From NCBI GenBank assembly GCA_046723475.1, contig JBKOUQ010000037.1, positions 1 to 60,627 on the forward strand: 60,627 nt of DNA, in the 5' to 3' direction. Every line of letters starts with the position of its first letter. Position 1 is the first letter of the stretch. The notes below the pieces were generated by a model. That model did not search any database. It had not been told where the DNA came from and was given only the letters and a program-made list of their open reading frames with translations. A program made the position numbers and the translations under genes. This document shows, piece by piece, positions 42,763-52,216 of this stretch. The stretch is from Candidatus Methylomirabilota bacterium (lineage in GTDB: Bacteria > Methylomirabilota > Methylomirabilia > Rokubacteriales > CSP1-6).

Positions 42763-44067
42763 ATGGCGGTGACGACGACGACGCTCGCCGACGCGCTGCG
42801 CAGCATCGTCGGTGCTGCGCACCTGCGCGAGGGCGGTGACGCCGTCGACGGCGCCGTGCCGCGCTGGACCGTACAGCCGACGACACTCGAGCAGGCGGCG
42901 ACCGTCGTCGCGCTCGCGCACGACGAGCGCCTCGCCGTCGTCCCGCGCGGCAGCGGCACCGCGCTGGAGCTCGGACACCCGCCGGCACGGCTCGATCTCG
43001 TGCTCGACACCCGCGGTCTCGACGCCGTGCTCGACCACCGTCCCGAAGACCTCACCGTGTCGGTGTTGGCTGGCTGCACCGCGGGCGCGCTTGCGGCGCG
43101 CCTTGGCGCACACCGGCAGATCTTGCCGATCGATCCACCCGGCTGGAGCGCTCGCTCGCTCGGTGGTCTCGTCGCAACGCAGGCGAGCGGACCACTGCGG
43201 CAGCGCTACGGCACGCCGCGCGACCTGCTGCTCGGCGTGCGGTTCGTGCAGGCCGACGGCGTGCTCACGTGGGGCGGGGCGCGAGTCGTCAAGTCGGTCA
43301 GCGGCTACGACGTGCCCAAGCTCATGGTCGGCTCGCTCGGGACGCTCGGTGTGCTCGTCGAGCTCACGCTGCGTCTGCATCCCGCACCGGAGCACGAGTC
43401 GACATGGCTCGCGGCGTTCCGCACACCGGCGCACGCGCAGGACTGCGTGGCCGCGCTGCTCGATTCGACGATCCAGCCCAATCGCATCGAGCTGCTCGAC
43501 GCGCGTGCGCTCACGAGCGGCGTCCTGCCCGCGAGCCCCGCGGACACGGCGGCCGTCGCGCTCGCCGTGTCGATCGGAACCGTCGAGTCCGCGGTCCGCG
43601 CGCAAGAGGGACTCCTCAAAGCGATCGTCCAGCGTGCTCACGGCACCATGGAAACCATGGGCGCCTCGTTCTGGAAGGCGTACGATCGCGTGCTCGCCGC
43701 CCACGACGGCGTGGTGCTTCGCATCGGCACCGTCCCGATCCGGCTCGTCGAGACGCTCGGCGCCGTACACGCCGCGCTGCCGGGCGCAGCGGTGGCCGGT
43801 GCCGCGGGGCTCGGAGTGTTGCGGGTCCTCGTGAAGAACGCCGACGCGCAATCGACGTCGGTCGATGCCGCGCTCGGACGCTTGCGCGATGCCGTCGCCG
43901 ACGTCGGTGGCGCAGTCGTCATCGAGCGCGGGCCGCGCTCGCTGCGCGAGCGCCTCGATCCCTGGGGGCCTGTGCCAGCGCCGGCGCTCGCGGTGATGCG
44001 AGCGATCAAGACGGAATTCGATCCGCGCGGGATCCTGAACCCCGGCCGCTTCGTCGCCGGATTATGA
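42763..44067 (+). CDS. glcE: Glycolate oxidase FAD subunit GlcE-like
   Basis: RYGTPRD, GARVVKSVSGYDVPKL.VGS.GTLG, FDPRGILNPGR. Confidence 0.85.
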   Translation: MAVTTTTLADALRSIVGAAHLREGGDAVDGAVPRWTVQPTTLEQAATVVALAHDERLAVVPRGSGTALELGHPPARLDLVLDTRGLDAVLDHRPEDLTVSVLAGCTAGALAARLGAHRQILPIDPPGWSARSLGGLVATQASGPLRQRYGTPRDLLLGVRFVQADGVLTWGGARVVKSVSGYDVPKLMVGSLGTLGVLVELTLRLHPAPEHESTWLAAFRTPAHAQDCVAALLDSTIQPNRIELLDARALTSGVLPASPADTAAVALAVSIGTVESAVRAQEGLLKAIVQRAHGTMETMGASFWKAYDRVLAAHDGVVLRIGTVPIRLVETLGAVHAALPGAAVAGAAGLGVLRVLVKNADAQSTSVDAALGRLRDAVADVGGAVVIERGPRSLRERLDPWGPVPAPALAVMRAIKTEFDPRGILNPGRFVAGL

Positions 44068-44114
44068 GCGAAGCATCGTCCGAGCATGGTGGGACGGGCG
44101 TGTCGGAGCCGCGC

Positions 44115-44261
44115 ACCGTCTTGAACAGGCCACCCACGGTACAAACCGGGCTCGCGGCACCCGCTACAACAAGCAGCCCACCCACAAAGTGCGTGCGCAG
44201 CCGGAAACCGTCTTGAACAGGCCACCCGCGGTACAAACCGGGCTCACGGACCCCGCTACAA
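44115..44261 (+). repeat. Direct repeat of about 55 bp, period 92 bp, at the glcF 5' end
   Basis: accgtcttgaacaggccacccRcggtacaaaccgggctcRcgg..cccgctacaa at 44115 and 44207. Confidence 0.92.
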
Positions 44262-45484
44262 TGGATTCCATTCGATCGTGCGTCCACTGCGGGATCTGTC
44301 TGCCAGTCTGCCCAACCTATCGCGTTCTCGGCGAAGAAATGGACTCTCCGCGCGGCCGGGTGTACCTCATGCGCGCGGTCGCCGAAGGCCGTCTCGAGAT
44401 GACCGAGACCTATACGCACCATCTCGACCTCTGCCTCGGCTGTCGCGCGTGCGAGACCGCGTGTCCGGCGGGCGTGCCGTTCGGCTCGCTGCTCGAGACG
44501 GCGCGCGCGGACATCGAGCGGGCAGGGCGGCCGCTTCGCCGACGACTGATCGACGCGCTGCTGTTCGGGCTCTTTCCACACCCGGGAAGGCTCGGCATTG
44601 TCCTCGGACTGCTGCGACGCTACCGCCGCTGGGGACTACAGCGCCTCGTGCAGCGCACGGGCGTGCTGCGTCGCCTGCCCCGTCTGGCCGCCCTGGAGAG
44701 TCTGCTGCCCCAGACCTTGCCGCCCGAGCTCGACGTCCCGGACTTCGTTCGCGCGCGCGGCACGTCCCGTGGCCGTGTCGCGCTCCTGACCGGCTGCGTT
44801 CAGCGCCATCTGTTCGCCGACGTCAATCGCGACACCATGCGTCTGCTCGCCGCCGCGGGCTGGGACGTCGTCGCGCCGCGCACGCAGGGCTGCTGCGGCG
44901 CTCTCGATCTACACGCGGGCCGGGTCGATGCATTCCGCGCGCGCGCCAGCGCGCTGACGGCCGCGCTGCCGTCGGACGTCGAATACGTCGTGATCAACGC
45001 CGCCGGCTGTGGGGCGGCGCTGCGCGAGTATGACCACTGGCTCGACGACGAGGCCGCGCGTCGCCTCGCGGCGCGCACGCGTGACGTCAGCGAGCTGCTC
45101 GCCGAGGCGGAGCTACCGCTGAACGCACTGCCCGTGACCGTGACGTACCACGATCCCTGTCACCTCGCGCACGGCCAGCGTGTGCGGACGGCGCCGCGCG
45201 CGATGCTGGCACGCATCCCGGCACTGCGTCTCGTGCCGCTCGTGGACAGCGAGCTCTGCTGCGGCAGCGCCGGGGTGTACAACGTACTCGAGCCCGAGAT
45301 GGCCGATCGGCTGCTCGCGCAGAAGCTGGCGCGGATCACCGAGACGGGCGCCACGATCGTGGCGACCGGCAATCCGGGCTGCGTGCTACAAATTGCGCGC
45401 GGAGCGCGCGAACGCGGGCTCGACCTCGAAGTCGTTCACCCCGTGACGTTGCTGGCCCGCGCGATGCGATGGGAGGCGCGATGA
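44189..45484 (+). CDS. glcF: Glycolate oxidase iron-sulfur subunit GlcF-like
   Basis: CVHCGICLPVCP, CLGCRACETACP, two CCG domains. Start uncertain (GTG 44189 or ATG 44261); see finding. Confidence 0.85.
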   Translation: MRAQPETVLNRPPAVQTGLTDPATMDSIRSCVHCGICLPVCPTYRVLGEEMDSPRGRVYLMRAVAEGRLEMTETYTHHLDLCLGCRACETACPAGVPFGSLLETARADIERAGRPLRRRLIDALLFGLFPHPGRLGIVLGLLRRYRRWGLQRLVQRTGVLRRLPRLAALESLLPQTLPPELDVPDFVRARGTSRGRVALLTGCVQRHLFADVNRDTMRLLAAAGWDVVAPRTQGCCGALDLHAGRVDAFRARASALTAALPSDVEYVVINAAGCGAALREYDHWLDDEAARRLAARTRDVSELLAEAELPLNALPVTVTYHDPCHLAHGQRVRTAPRAMLARIPALRLVPLVDSELCCGSAGVYNVLEPEMADRLLAQKLARITETGATIVATGNPGCVLQIARGARERGLDLEVVHPVTLLARAMRWEAR

Positions 45485-45804
45485 AGATCCGGCTCGCGGA
45501 GCACGCGAAGTACCAGCCCGACAAGATGGCGAAGATCGCGCTGGCCGCGACGCCGCGCGCGCAGATGGACCTCTATTGTCTCGAGCCCGGGCAGACGCAG
45601 AAGGTGCATGCGCACGAGGGGCAGGACAAGGTGTACGTCGTTCTGCAAGGCCGCGGACGGTTCACGCTCGACGGCGCGGATCACGCGCTCGAGACCGGCG
45701 AGGCGCTGGTCGCGGCCGCCGGCCGGCAGCACGGAGTCGTGAACGACTCCGGCCAGCGACTGCTCCTGCTCGTGTTCATGGCGCCCCCGCCGCCGCACGC
45801 ATGA
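45481..45804 (+). CDS. Cupin domain protein
   Basis: LEPGQTQKVHAH..DKVYVVLQG...HGVVN. Confidence 0.88.
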   Translation: MKIRLAEHAKYQPDKMAKIALAATPRAQMDLYCLEPGQTQKVHAHEGQDKVYVVLQGRGRFTLDGADHALETGEALVAAAGRQHGVVNDSGQRLLLLVFMAPPPPHA

Positions 45805-46514
45805 CGCGCGCGGCGCTGATGATCACGTGCCTCGCCGACATGTTTTATCCCGAAGTCGGCGAGCGCATCGTGCGCCTGCTGCGCCGGCTGGGTGTTGACG
45901 TCACGCTTCCGTCCGGGCAGACCTGCTGCGGCCTGCCGCTGTTCAACTCCGGTTATCACGCCGAGGCGGCCGCGGTCGCGCGGCGAACCGTGGCCATTTT
46001 CCGCGGTGCCGACGCCGTCGTGGTGCCCTCGGGGTCGTGCGCGTGGATGGTCAAGCACGAATATCCGGGGCTCCTGCGCGGCAGCGCCGAGGCGGCGGAC
46101 GCGGAAAAGCTTGCCGAGCGCACATACGAGTTCTCGCAGTTCCTCGTCCGACGGCTCGGACAGACGAGCTTCGAGACCGACGTCGAAGGACCGCTGGCGT
46201 ATCACGACTCGTGTCATCTGCTGCGCGGGCTGCACGAGGGCGAGACGCCGCGCGCGTTGCTGCGCGGGCTCACCGGCACCACGGTGGTGCCGCTCCCGGG
46301 CAGCGACGAGTGCTGCGGCTTCGGCGGCTCGTTCTCGGTACGCCTGCCCGAGGTCTCGACCTCCATCCTCGACCGCAAGCTCGCCAATCTCGAGGCCTCC
46401 GGCGCGCGCTGCCTGGTGGCCTGCGATGCCGGCTGCCTCATGCAGATCCGCGGGGGACTGGCGCGCCGGGGATCGCCGCTGCGCGCGCTGCACCTCGCCG
46501 AGGTGCTGAAGTGA
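45801..46514 (+). CDS. lutA: Lactate utilization protein A-like (CCG Fe-S)
   Basis: ITCLAD, QTCCG, PSGSC, YHDSCH, ECCGFGG, GCLMQ. Confidence 0.88.
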   Translation: MTRAALMITCLADMFYPEVGERIVRLLRRLGVDVTLPSGQTCCGLPLFNSGYHAEAAAVARRTVAIFRGADAVVVPSGSCAWMVKHEYPGLLRGSAEAADAEKLAERTYEFSQFLVRRLGQTSFETDVEGPLAYHDSCHLLRGLHEGETPRALLRGLTGTTVVPLPGSDECCGFGGSFSVRLPEVSTSILDRKLANLEASGARCLVACDAGCLMQIRGGLARRGSPLRALHLAEVLK

Positions 46515-47917
46515 CGGAGCCGATCCTCACCACGCCGCTGCGCGAGCGTGCCTCGCAGGCGCTCGGCGATCGCTTCTTGCACGAGGCGCTCGACATTGCG
46601 ACGACCAAGTTCATCACGCTGCGCCGCGAGGCATTCGACGACTTCCCCGACGGCGAGCGGCTGCGCGATCGCGCGCGCGCCATCAAAGAAGCCACGCTGC
46701 AGCGCCTGGACACATATCTGGAGACGCTCGTCGACAACATCGAGCGGCTCGGCGGCCACGTGCACTTTGCCGCGACGGCGGAGGAGGCGCGTGAGATCGT
46801 GCTCGGCATCGCGCGCCGCACGGGCGCGCGCATGGCCGTGAAGTCGAAGTCGATGGCGACCGAGGAGATCCACCTCAACGACGCGCTGCAGGCGATCGGC
46901 GTCACGCCGGTCGAGACCGACCTCGGGGAGTACATCATCCAGCTCGCGCACGAGCGTCCGTCGCACATCATCGCGCCCGCCATCCACAAGACGAAGGGCC
47001 AGGTCGCCGAGCTCTTTTCGCGTGAGCTGCGCCGGCCCGGGCTGCCGGCCGATCCCGAGGTGCTCACGAAAGTCGCGCGCGAAGAGCTGCGCGAGAAATT
47101 CCTGCAGGCCGATCTCGGAATCACCGGGGCGAACTTCGCGGTGGCCGAGACGGGAACCGTCGTGCTCGTCACCAATGAGGGCAATGGCCGCATGGCGACA
47201 TCGCTGCCGCGCGTGCACGTCGCGGTCATGGGCGTCGAGAAGGTCATCCCGTCGATGACCGATCTCGCCGTGTTCCTGTCGATCCTCGCCAAGAGCGCGA
47301 CCGGGCAAAAGCTCTCCGTGTACACGACGCTGGTGCAGGGGCCGCGGCGGCCCGGTGAGCTGGAGGGGCCCGACGAATTTCACCTGGTGCTGCTCGACAA
47401 CGGACGCATCGCGCAGATCGCCGGCACGCTGCGCGAGGCGCTCTACTGCCTGCGCTGCGGCGCGTGCCTGAACGTCTGTCCCGTCTACCGCCAGATCGGC
47501 GGCCACGCCTATGGCTATACGTATCCGGGACCGATCGGGATCTTGCTGACCGCGATGCTGAACGGCCCCGCGTCGGTCGGCGATCTCGCCCACGCGTCGT
47601 CGCTGTGTGGCGCGTGCGCCGATGCGTGCCCCGTCCGCATCGACATCCCGAGGATGCTGGTCGAGCTGCGGCGCGAGGTCAACGAGCGGCGCATCGCGCC
47701 GTGGTCCGAGCGCGTCGTGTTCAAGATGCTCGCCCGCGTGCTCGGCTCGTCGATGCTGTATCGCGGGGCGGCGCGCATCGGCCGCGCGGCCCAGCGGCCG
47801 TTCGTGCGCGACGGGCGCATCCGCGCCCTGCCGCTCTTCTTCGGGCAGTGGACCAGGACCCGCGATCTGCCGGCCGTCGCCGCGCGCACGTTCCAGGAGC
47901 GCTGGCGTGAGCTCTAG
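46511..47917 (+). CDS. lutB: Lactate utilization protein B (LutB/LldF)
   Basis: KSKSMATEE, ETDLGEYI, PSHIIAPAIH, TNEGN, CLRCGACLNVCP, SSLCGACADACP. Confidence 0.93.
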   Translation: MTEPILTTPLRERASQALGDRFLHEALDIATTKFITLRREAFDDFPDGERLRDRARAIKEATLQRLDTYLETLVDNIERLGGHVHFAATAEEAREIVLGIARRTGARMAVKSKSMATEEIHLNDALQAIGVTPVETDLGEYIIQLAHERPSHIIAPAIHKTKGQVAELFSRELRRPGLPADPEVLTKVAREELREKFLQADLGITGANFAVAETGTVVLVTNEGNGRMATSLPRVHVAVMGVEKVIPSMTDLAVFLSILAKSATGQKLSVYTTLVQGPRRPGELEGPDEFHLVLLDNGRIAQIAGTLREALYCLRCGACLNVCPVYRQIGGHAYGYTYPGPIGILLTAMLNGPASVGDLAHASSLCGACADACPVRIDIPRMLVELRREVNERRIAPWSERVVFKMLARVLGSSMLYRGAARIGRAAQRPFVRDGRIRALPLFFGQWTRTRDLPAVAARTFQERWREL

Positions 47918-48653
47918 AGGAGAGTTTCTCGGTCGCATTCGCACCGAGATGACCAAGACGCGCGGGCTGTTCGCGGCGACGCCGTCCGAGCGGCCGGCTC
48001 AGCCGGGACAGCGCCTGGAGTTGCTGCGTCGCGAGCTGAGCGAGCGCTGGCCGCAGACGCTGGAGCGGTTCCGGGCGGAATTCGAGCGCGTGGCCGGCAT
48101 CTTTCACCGCGTCCCGACCGCCGCCGCCGTACCCGCCGAGCTCGTTCGCATCTGTTCCGGACTCGGCGCACGTCGCATCGTCGCGTGGCCGGCCGAAGAG
48201 CTCGGGATGGCCATCGCGCCCGAGCTCGGCGCGGCCGGTGTCACGGTGGAGTCCATGCCCCACGACGTGCCCGCCGACGATGAGCGCCGCCGTGTGCGCG
48301 CGCTGGTGGCCACGGCGGATCTCGGGGTGACGGGCGCGGATCTCGCCGTTGCCGAGACCGGCACGCTCGTGCTCGTCTCGGCGGCCGGCCGACCGCGCTC
48401 GACGTCGTTGCTGCCGCCGTGCCACGTCGCGATCTTCGACCGCGCCGCGCTCGTCGAGTCGCTGGAGCAGGTCGGCGTCGCCCTGGAGGCATGGCACGAG
48501 GGAACGCCGCCGCCCGAGCGCGGCGCCATGATCAACTTCATCACGGGCCCCAGCCGAACGGCGGACATCGAGCTGACGCTCACACGCGGCGTGCACGGAC
48601 CAAAGGAGATTCACGCGATCTTCGTCGACGAGGCGCTCGCGCGACGTGGCTGA
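47907..48653 (+). CDS. lutC: Lactate utilization protein C (LUD domain)
   Basis: AVAETGTL, RSTSLLP, ITGPSRTADIELTLTRGVHGP. Confidence 0.9.
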   Translation: MSSRGEFLGRIRTEMTKTRGLFAATPSERPAQPGQRLELLRRELSERWPQTLERFRAEFERVAGIFHRVPTAAAVPAELVRICSGLGARRIVAWPAEELGMAIAPELGAAGVTVESMPHDVPADDERRRVRALVATADLGVTGADLAVAETGTLVLVSAAGRPRSTSLLPPCHVAIFDRAALVESLEQVGVALEAWHEGTPPPERGAMINFITGPSRTADIELTLTRGVHGPKEIHAIFVDEALARRG

Positions 48654-49068
48654 GCGATACTTCGAGCCCGCCGACGTCGACGCGCTCATCCCGGCGCTCA
48701 CGCGCACGCTCGAAAGCGTGATGAAGGCCAACGAGCAGGCCGCGACGATCGCCGCCCGGCTCGAAGCCGAGCGCGAGCGGATCGGTCTGGCGGGTGGCGG
48801 CATCCTGGATCGCTCCGCGTGGAAGGCGGACACGGAGCGTCTGGGTCAGCTCGCGGAGACGCTGAAGGCCGGCGTCGCCGAAATCGGCTCCATGGGCGGC
48901 ACGATCAAGGACCTCTCGCTCGGCCTCGTCGATTTTCCTCATCGGCGCGCCGATCGGGTCGTGAACCTGTGCTGGAAGTACGGCGAGTCGAGCGTCGCCC
49001 ACTGGCACGGGCTCGAGGAAGGCTTCGCCAACCGCAAGCCCCTCGGCGACCTCGAGAACCGCGCGTGA
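48646..49068 (+). CDS. DUF2203 family protein
   Basis: IKDLSLGLVDFP...LCWKYGE...HWH..EEGFANRKPL. Confidence 0.85.
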   Translation: MAERYFEPADVDALIPALTRTLESVMKANEQAATIAARLEAERERIGLAGGGILDRSAWKADTERLGQLAETLKAGVAEIGSMGGTIKDLSLGLVDFPHRRADRVVNLCWKYGESSVAHWHGLEEGFANRKPLGDLENRA

Positions 49069-49820
49069 GCGGTCGTTACGACGCCGTGTTCTTCGATCTC
49101 TTCGACACGCTCGTCTCGTTCGACCGCGATCGGCTGCCGCAGATCGATGTCGACGGCCACACGATTCGCTCGACGGCGGGATGTCTGCACGCGCTGCTGC
49201 AGCCGCACGCGCCGTCGGTCACGCTGGCGCAGTGCTATCAGGCGCTCGCGGCGTCGTGGAAAGAGGCCGAGCGGCTGCGCGCCATCGACCACCGTGAGGT
49301 CGGCGCACCGGAGCGCTTCCGCGACTTCTTCGGCCGGCTGGCGCTCGAGCACGCGACCCTGCCGCCCGAGCTCGCCGCCGTGCTGATCGAAGCCCACAAG
49401 GCCGAGCTGTCGAAGGCGGCGTCGTTCCCACCGCACCATGGGCCCTTGCTGCGTCGACTCGCGCGGGATTATCGGCTCGCCGTCGTCTCGAACTTCGACT
49501 ACTCGCCGACGGCCGTCGGGATTCTCGAAGCGGCGGGCGTGCTGCACCTGTTCAGCGCGGTGATCGTGTCGGACGCCGTCGGCTGGCGCAAGCCGCGGCC
49601 GGACATCTTCCACCGGGCCCTGGCCGCCACGGGCGCGAACCCGCAGCGGACGTTATTCGTCGGGGACCGGGCCGACATCGACGTCGAGGGCGCTCACCGC
49701 GCCGGAATGGACGCCGCGTGGCTCAACCCGGCGCGCGACGCGCTGCCCGAGGGCCTCGCTCCGCCCGAATACGAGATCCGCGATCTCGCCGACCTCAAAG
49801 CCATTTTGCGATTGAAGTAA
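49065..49820 (+). CDS. HAD-superfamily hydrolase
   Basis: FDLFDTL, VVSN, RKP, FVGDR..DV.GA. Confidence 0.9.
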   Translation: MSGRYDAVFFDLFDTLVSFDRDRLPQIDVDGHTIRSTAGCLHALLQPHAPSVTLAQCYQALAASWKEAERLRAIDHREVGAPERFRDFFGRLALEHATLPPELAAVLIEAHKAELSKAASFPPHHGPLLRRLARDYRLAVVSNFDYSPTAVGILEAAGVLHLFSAVIVSDAVGWRKPRPDIFHRALAATGANPQRTLFVGDRADIDVEGAHRAGMDAAWLNPARDALPEGLAPPEYEIRDLADLKAILRLK

Positions 49821-49877
49821 CGGCCTGCCGCATCCCGCGGCACGCCGCCTGCATCTCAATCGCGGAGGACGAAGACA

Positions 49878-50816
49878 GTGGCGGCTCCGCGCAAGGTCAT
49901 CATCATCGGCTCCGGCCCCGCCGGGTACACCGCGGCGATTTACGCGGCGCGCGCGAACCTGCGCCCGCTCATGCTGACCGGCGTGCAGTCCGGCGGACAG
50001 CTCATGCTCACGACGCACATCGAGAACTATCCTGGCTTCGTCGACCCGGTCCTCGGCCCCGAGCTCATGGAGACGATGCGCAAGCAGGCCGAGCGGTTCG
50101 GCACCGACATGGTCACCGAGGACGCGGTGGCGGTCGACTTCACGCGGCGGCCGTTCGTCGTCCGCACCGCGGATGCCGCGTACGACGGCGAGGCGGTCAT
50201 CATCGCCACCGGCGCCTCGGCCAACATGCTCGGACTGCCGTCGGAGACGCTGCTAATGGGCCACGGCGTTTCGACGTGCGCCACGTGCGACGGGTTCTTC
50301 TTCAAGGACCAGGACATCATGGTCGTCGGCGGCGGCGACTCCGCGCTGGAGGAGGCGCTCTATCTCGCGCGGCTCGGACGCAAGGTCGAGGTCGTGCACC
50401 GGCGCGATACGCTGCGCGCCTCGAAGATCATGCAAGAGCGCGCGTTCGCGCACCCGAAGATCTCCTTCGTCTGGAATAGCGCCGTGCGCGACATCCTCGA
50501 TCCGGCCGCCGGTAAGGTCACCGGCGTGGTGCTCGAAGACGTCACGACGGGCGATCGCTCGCAGCGCTCCGTCGAAGGCCTGTTCGTCGCGATCGGCCAT
50601 CGGCCGAACACCGACATCTTCCGCGGCCACATCGAGCTCCTGCCGAGCGGCTACATCCGCGTCGAGCCGGGCACGACGCGCACATCGGTGCCGGGCGTCT
50701 TCGCAGCGGGCGACGTGCAGGACTCCGTCTTCCGCCAGGCCGTCACGGCCGCGGGCAGCGGCTGCATGGCGGCCCTCGAGACCGAGCGGTGGTTGGAGGC
50801 GCAGCGGGTCGGGTAG
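49878..50816 (+). CDS. trxB: Thioredoxin-disulfide reductase
   Basis: GSGPAGYTAA, CATC, GGGDSA, HRRD, FAAGDV; SD GGAGG. Confidence 0.97.
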   Translation: MAAPRKVIIIGSGPAGYTAAIYAARANLRPLMLTGVQSGGQLMLTTHIENYPGFVDPVLGPELMETMRKQAERFGTDMVTEDAVAVDFTRRPFVVRTADAAYDGEAVIIATGASANMLGLPSETLLMGHGVSTCATCDGFFFKDQDIMVVGGGDSALEEALYLARLGRKVEVVHRRDTLRASKIMQERAFAHPKISFVWNSAVRDILDPAAGKVTGVVLEDVTTGDRSQRSVEGLFVAIGHRPNTDIFRGHIELLPSGYIRVEPGTTRTSVPGVFAAGDVQDSVFRQAVTAAGSGCMAALETERWLEAQRVG

Positions 50817-50822
50817 GTTGAC

Positions 50823-51944
50823 CTAGCGGGGGACGAGACCCGCTGAGCGAAACGATGGCGCCTTCTGGAAGATGAGAACACAGGAGACGCGGCGCGGGTC
50901 GTGAGTCTGCCGCAGACAATCCGGACCGAACGCGATACCTTCCGCGTAATAGTAGAGAAAGGCGCCATTGCGCTCTTCCGGCTCACCATAAATGCCGCGC
51001 GCATGATCCACGAACTCGCCCATCTCGACGCCCTGTGATGTCCTGAGTGGCGCTTCGCCGGGCCGACGCGAGTCATTGAACTGTAGCGACTCGACTCTGT
51101 CATTTTTCAGCATCGCGATGATCGTCTCGCCGGTGTCGAGTCGGAACGTGCGCACGTCATACGCCTGTCCGGCGCGCGCGCCGACGGTTGGCCCCCACGC
51201 ACGCGACAATTCCTCTGACGTCAAGCCGATCCGGACCCCCCCGTACCCGACTCCATCTTCAATGACATGGCCGAACCGGCTCCGAGTGAGCAGGGTGGGC
51301 TGAGTCGGGGACCGCTCGAGCGCTGCTCGGGGTTTGACCGATATATCGATCAGCTCTCGATCGCGCCAGCCGTTGGAGTAAAACGTCCGATCACGAACCA
51401 TCTGTCGTGTTGCCACCGCAAACCATGCCTCATAGGCGAGCGCGCCGGTTCGGCTATTGGCACACGTCGTCTTCAACGTCTCGAACGTGCCCGCCTGGAC
51501 CGTGATCTTCTCGGGACCACTCGACTCGCAGGTCATGGCCATGTTGTCCGTTCGATGTTCCTTCGGAGTTTCGCGCACGTACTTTACTTCCCACTTCTCG
51601 CCCGGCGCCGTGGCCACAAGTCGCGCCGGAGGGACATTCCGGCCCACGACCTCTCCGTTCATCTTCTCCATGGCGTACGCGAAGTCGGACTTCCGAATGT
51701 AAACGTCCTTCGATGCCGCCCGCAGGACGTAGTACGTCGTACCGTCGACTGTCTCTTCACGATCCATGATCCACGCGAACGTCCCGCTCTCGCTCCGCGT
51801 CTCGTAGCGATAGCCCCACGCGTCGCCCGGCTTCCAAAGACTCGCTCCGATTGTTGGGGAAGAATCGCTCACGCCTGGCGTGTCGGTCGTGCTCGCGCAG
51901 CCGGCAGCAGTGAACATCAGAACGACGGCGGCAACGCGTCTCAT
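50823..51944 (-). CDS. Hypothetical two-domain lipoprotein
   Basis: SD AAGGAG; lipobox AAGC; beta-rich domain (ITVQAGTFETLK); C-terminal domain with two related segments (GVRIG..WG, GVEMG..YGEP). Confidence 0.75.
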   Translation of the reverse strand: MRRVAAVVLMFTAAGCASTTDTPGVSDSSPTIGASLWKPGDAWGYRYETRSESGTFAWIMDREETVDGTTYYVLRAASKDVYIRKSDFAYAMEKMNGEVVGRNVPPARLVATAPGEKWEVKYVRETPKEHRTDNMAMTCESSGPEKITVQAGTFETLKTTCANSRTGALAYEAWFAVATRQMVRDRTFYSNGWRDRELIDISVKPRAALERSPTQPTLLTRSRFGHVIEDGVGYGGVRIGLTSEELSRAWGPTVGARAGQAYDVRTFRLDTGETIIAMLKNDRVESLQFNDSRRPGEAPLRTSQGVEMGEFVDHARGIYGEPEERNGAFLYYYAEGIAFGPDCLRQTHDPRRVSCVLIFQKAPSFRSAGLVPR

Positions 51945-52133
51945 GCCGGTCTCCTTTCGCGTGGGCGAATACCGGCGTGTTCCTGCCGGTCAGGCTGACC
52001 GGTCTTCGGTCGACGCGGCAGTCATCGCGCTGGGAGATCTGGCGTCGTGCCGCCTCTCCAGCGTATCGCGACGCGGCGCTATCCCGGTAGGGGGAAGATC
52101 TCGCGGCGGGTAGAACGAGTCCGAGATCGGCGA

Positions 52134-52150
52134 GTGAACTAAAAGTTCAC
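52134..52150. promoter_or_regulatory. Perfect palindrome GTGAACT-AAA-AGTTCAC, operator-like
   Basis: 7-bp arms with a 3-nt spacer in an AT-rich intergenic patch. Confidence 0.5.
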
Positions 52151-52216
52151 CAGCATTCAGAATTTCCTGATTCACATATCCGTCTGGGCTCGACCTGTGC
52201 TACGCCGATAGAGACG

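Noticed and set aside
52136-52148. GAAC-N5-GTTC as a LexA (Cheo) or Rex box
   Set aside because: The spacer does not fit GAAC-N4-GTTC or TGTGAA-N4-TTCACA.
51990-52175. 61-aa minus-strand ORF in the intergenic region
   Set aside because: No SD, no motif, atypical composition, and it overlaps probable regulatory palindromes.
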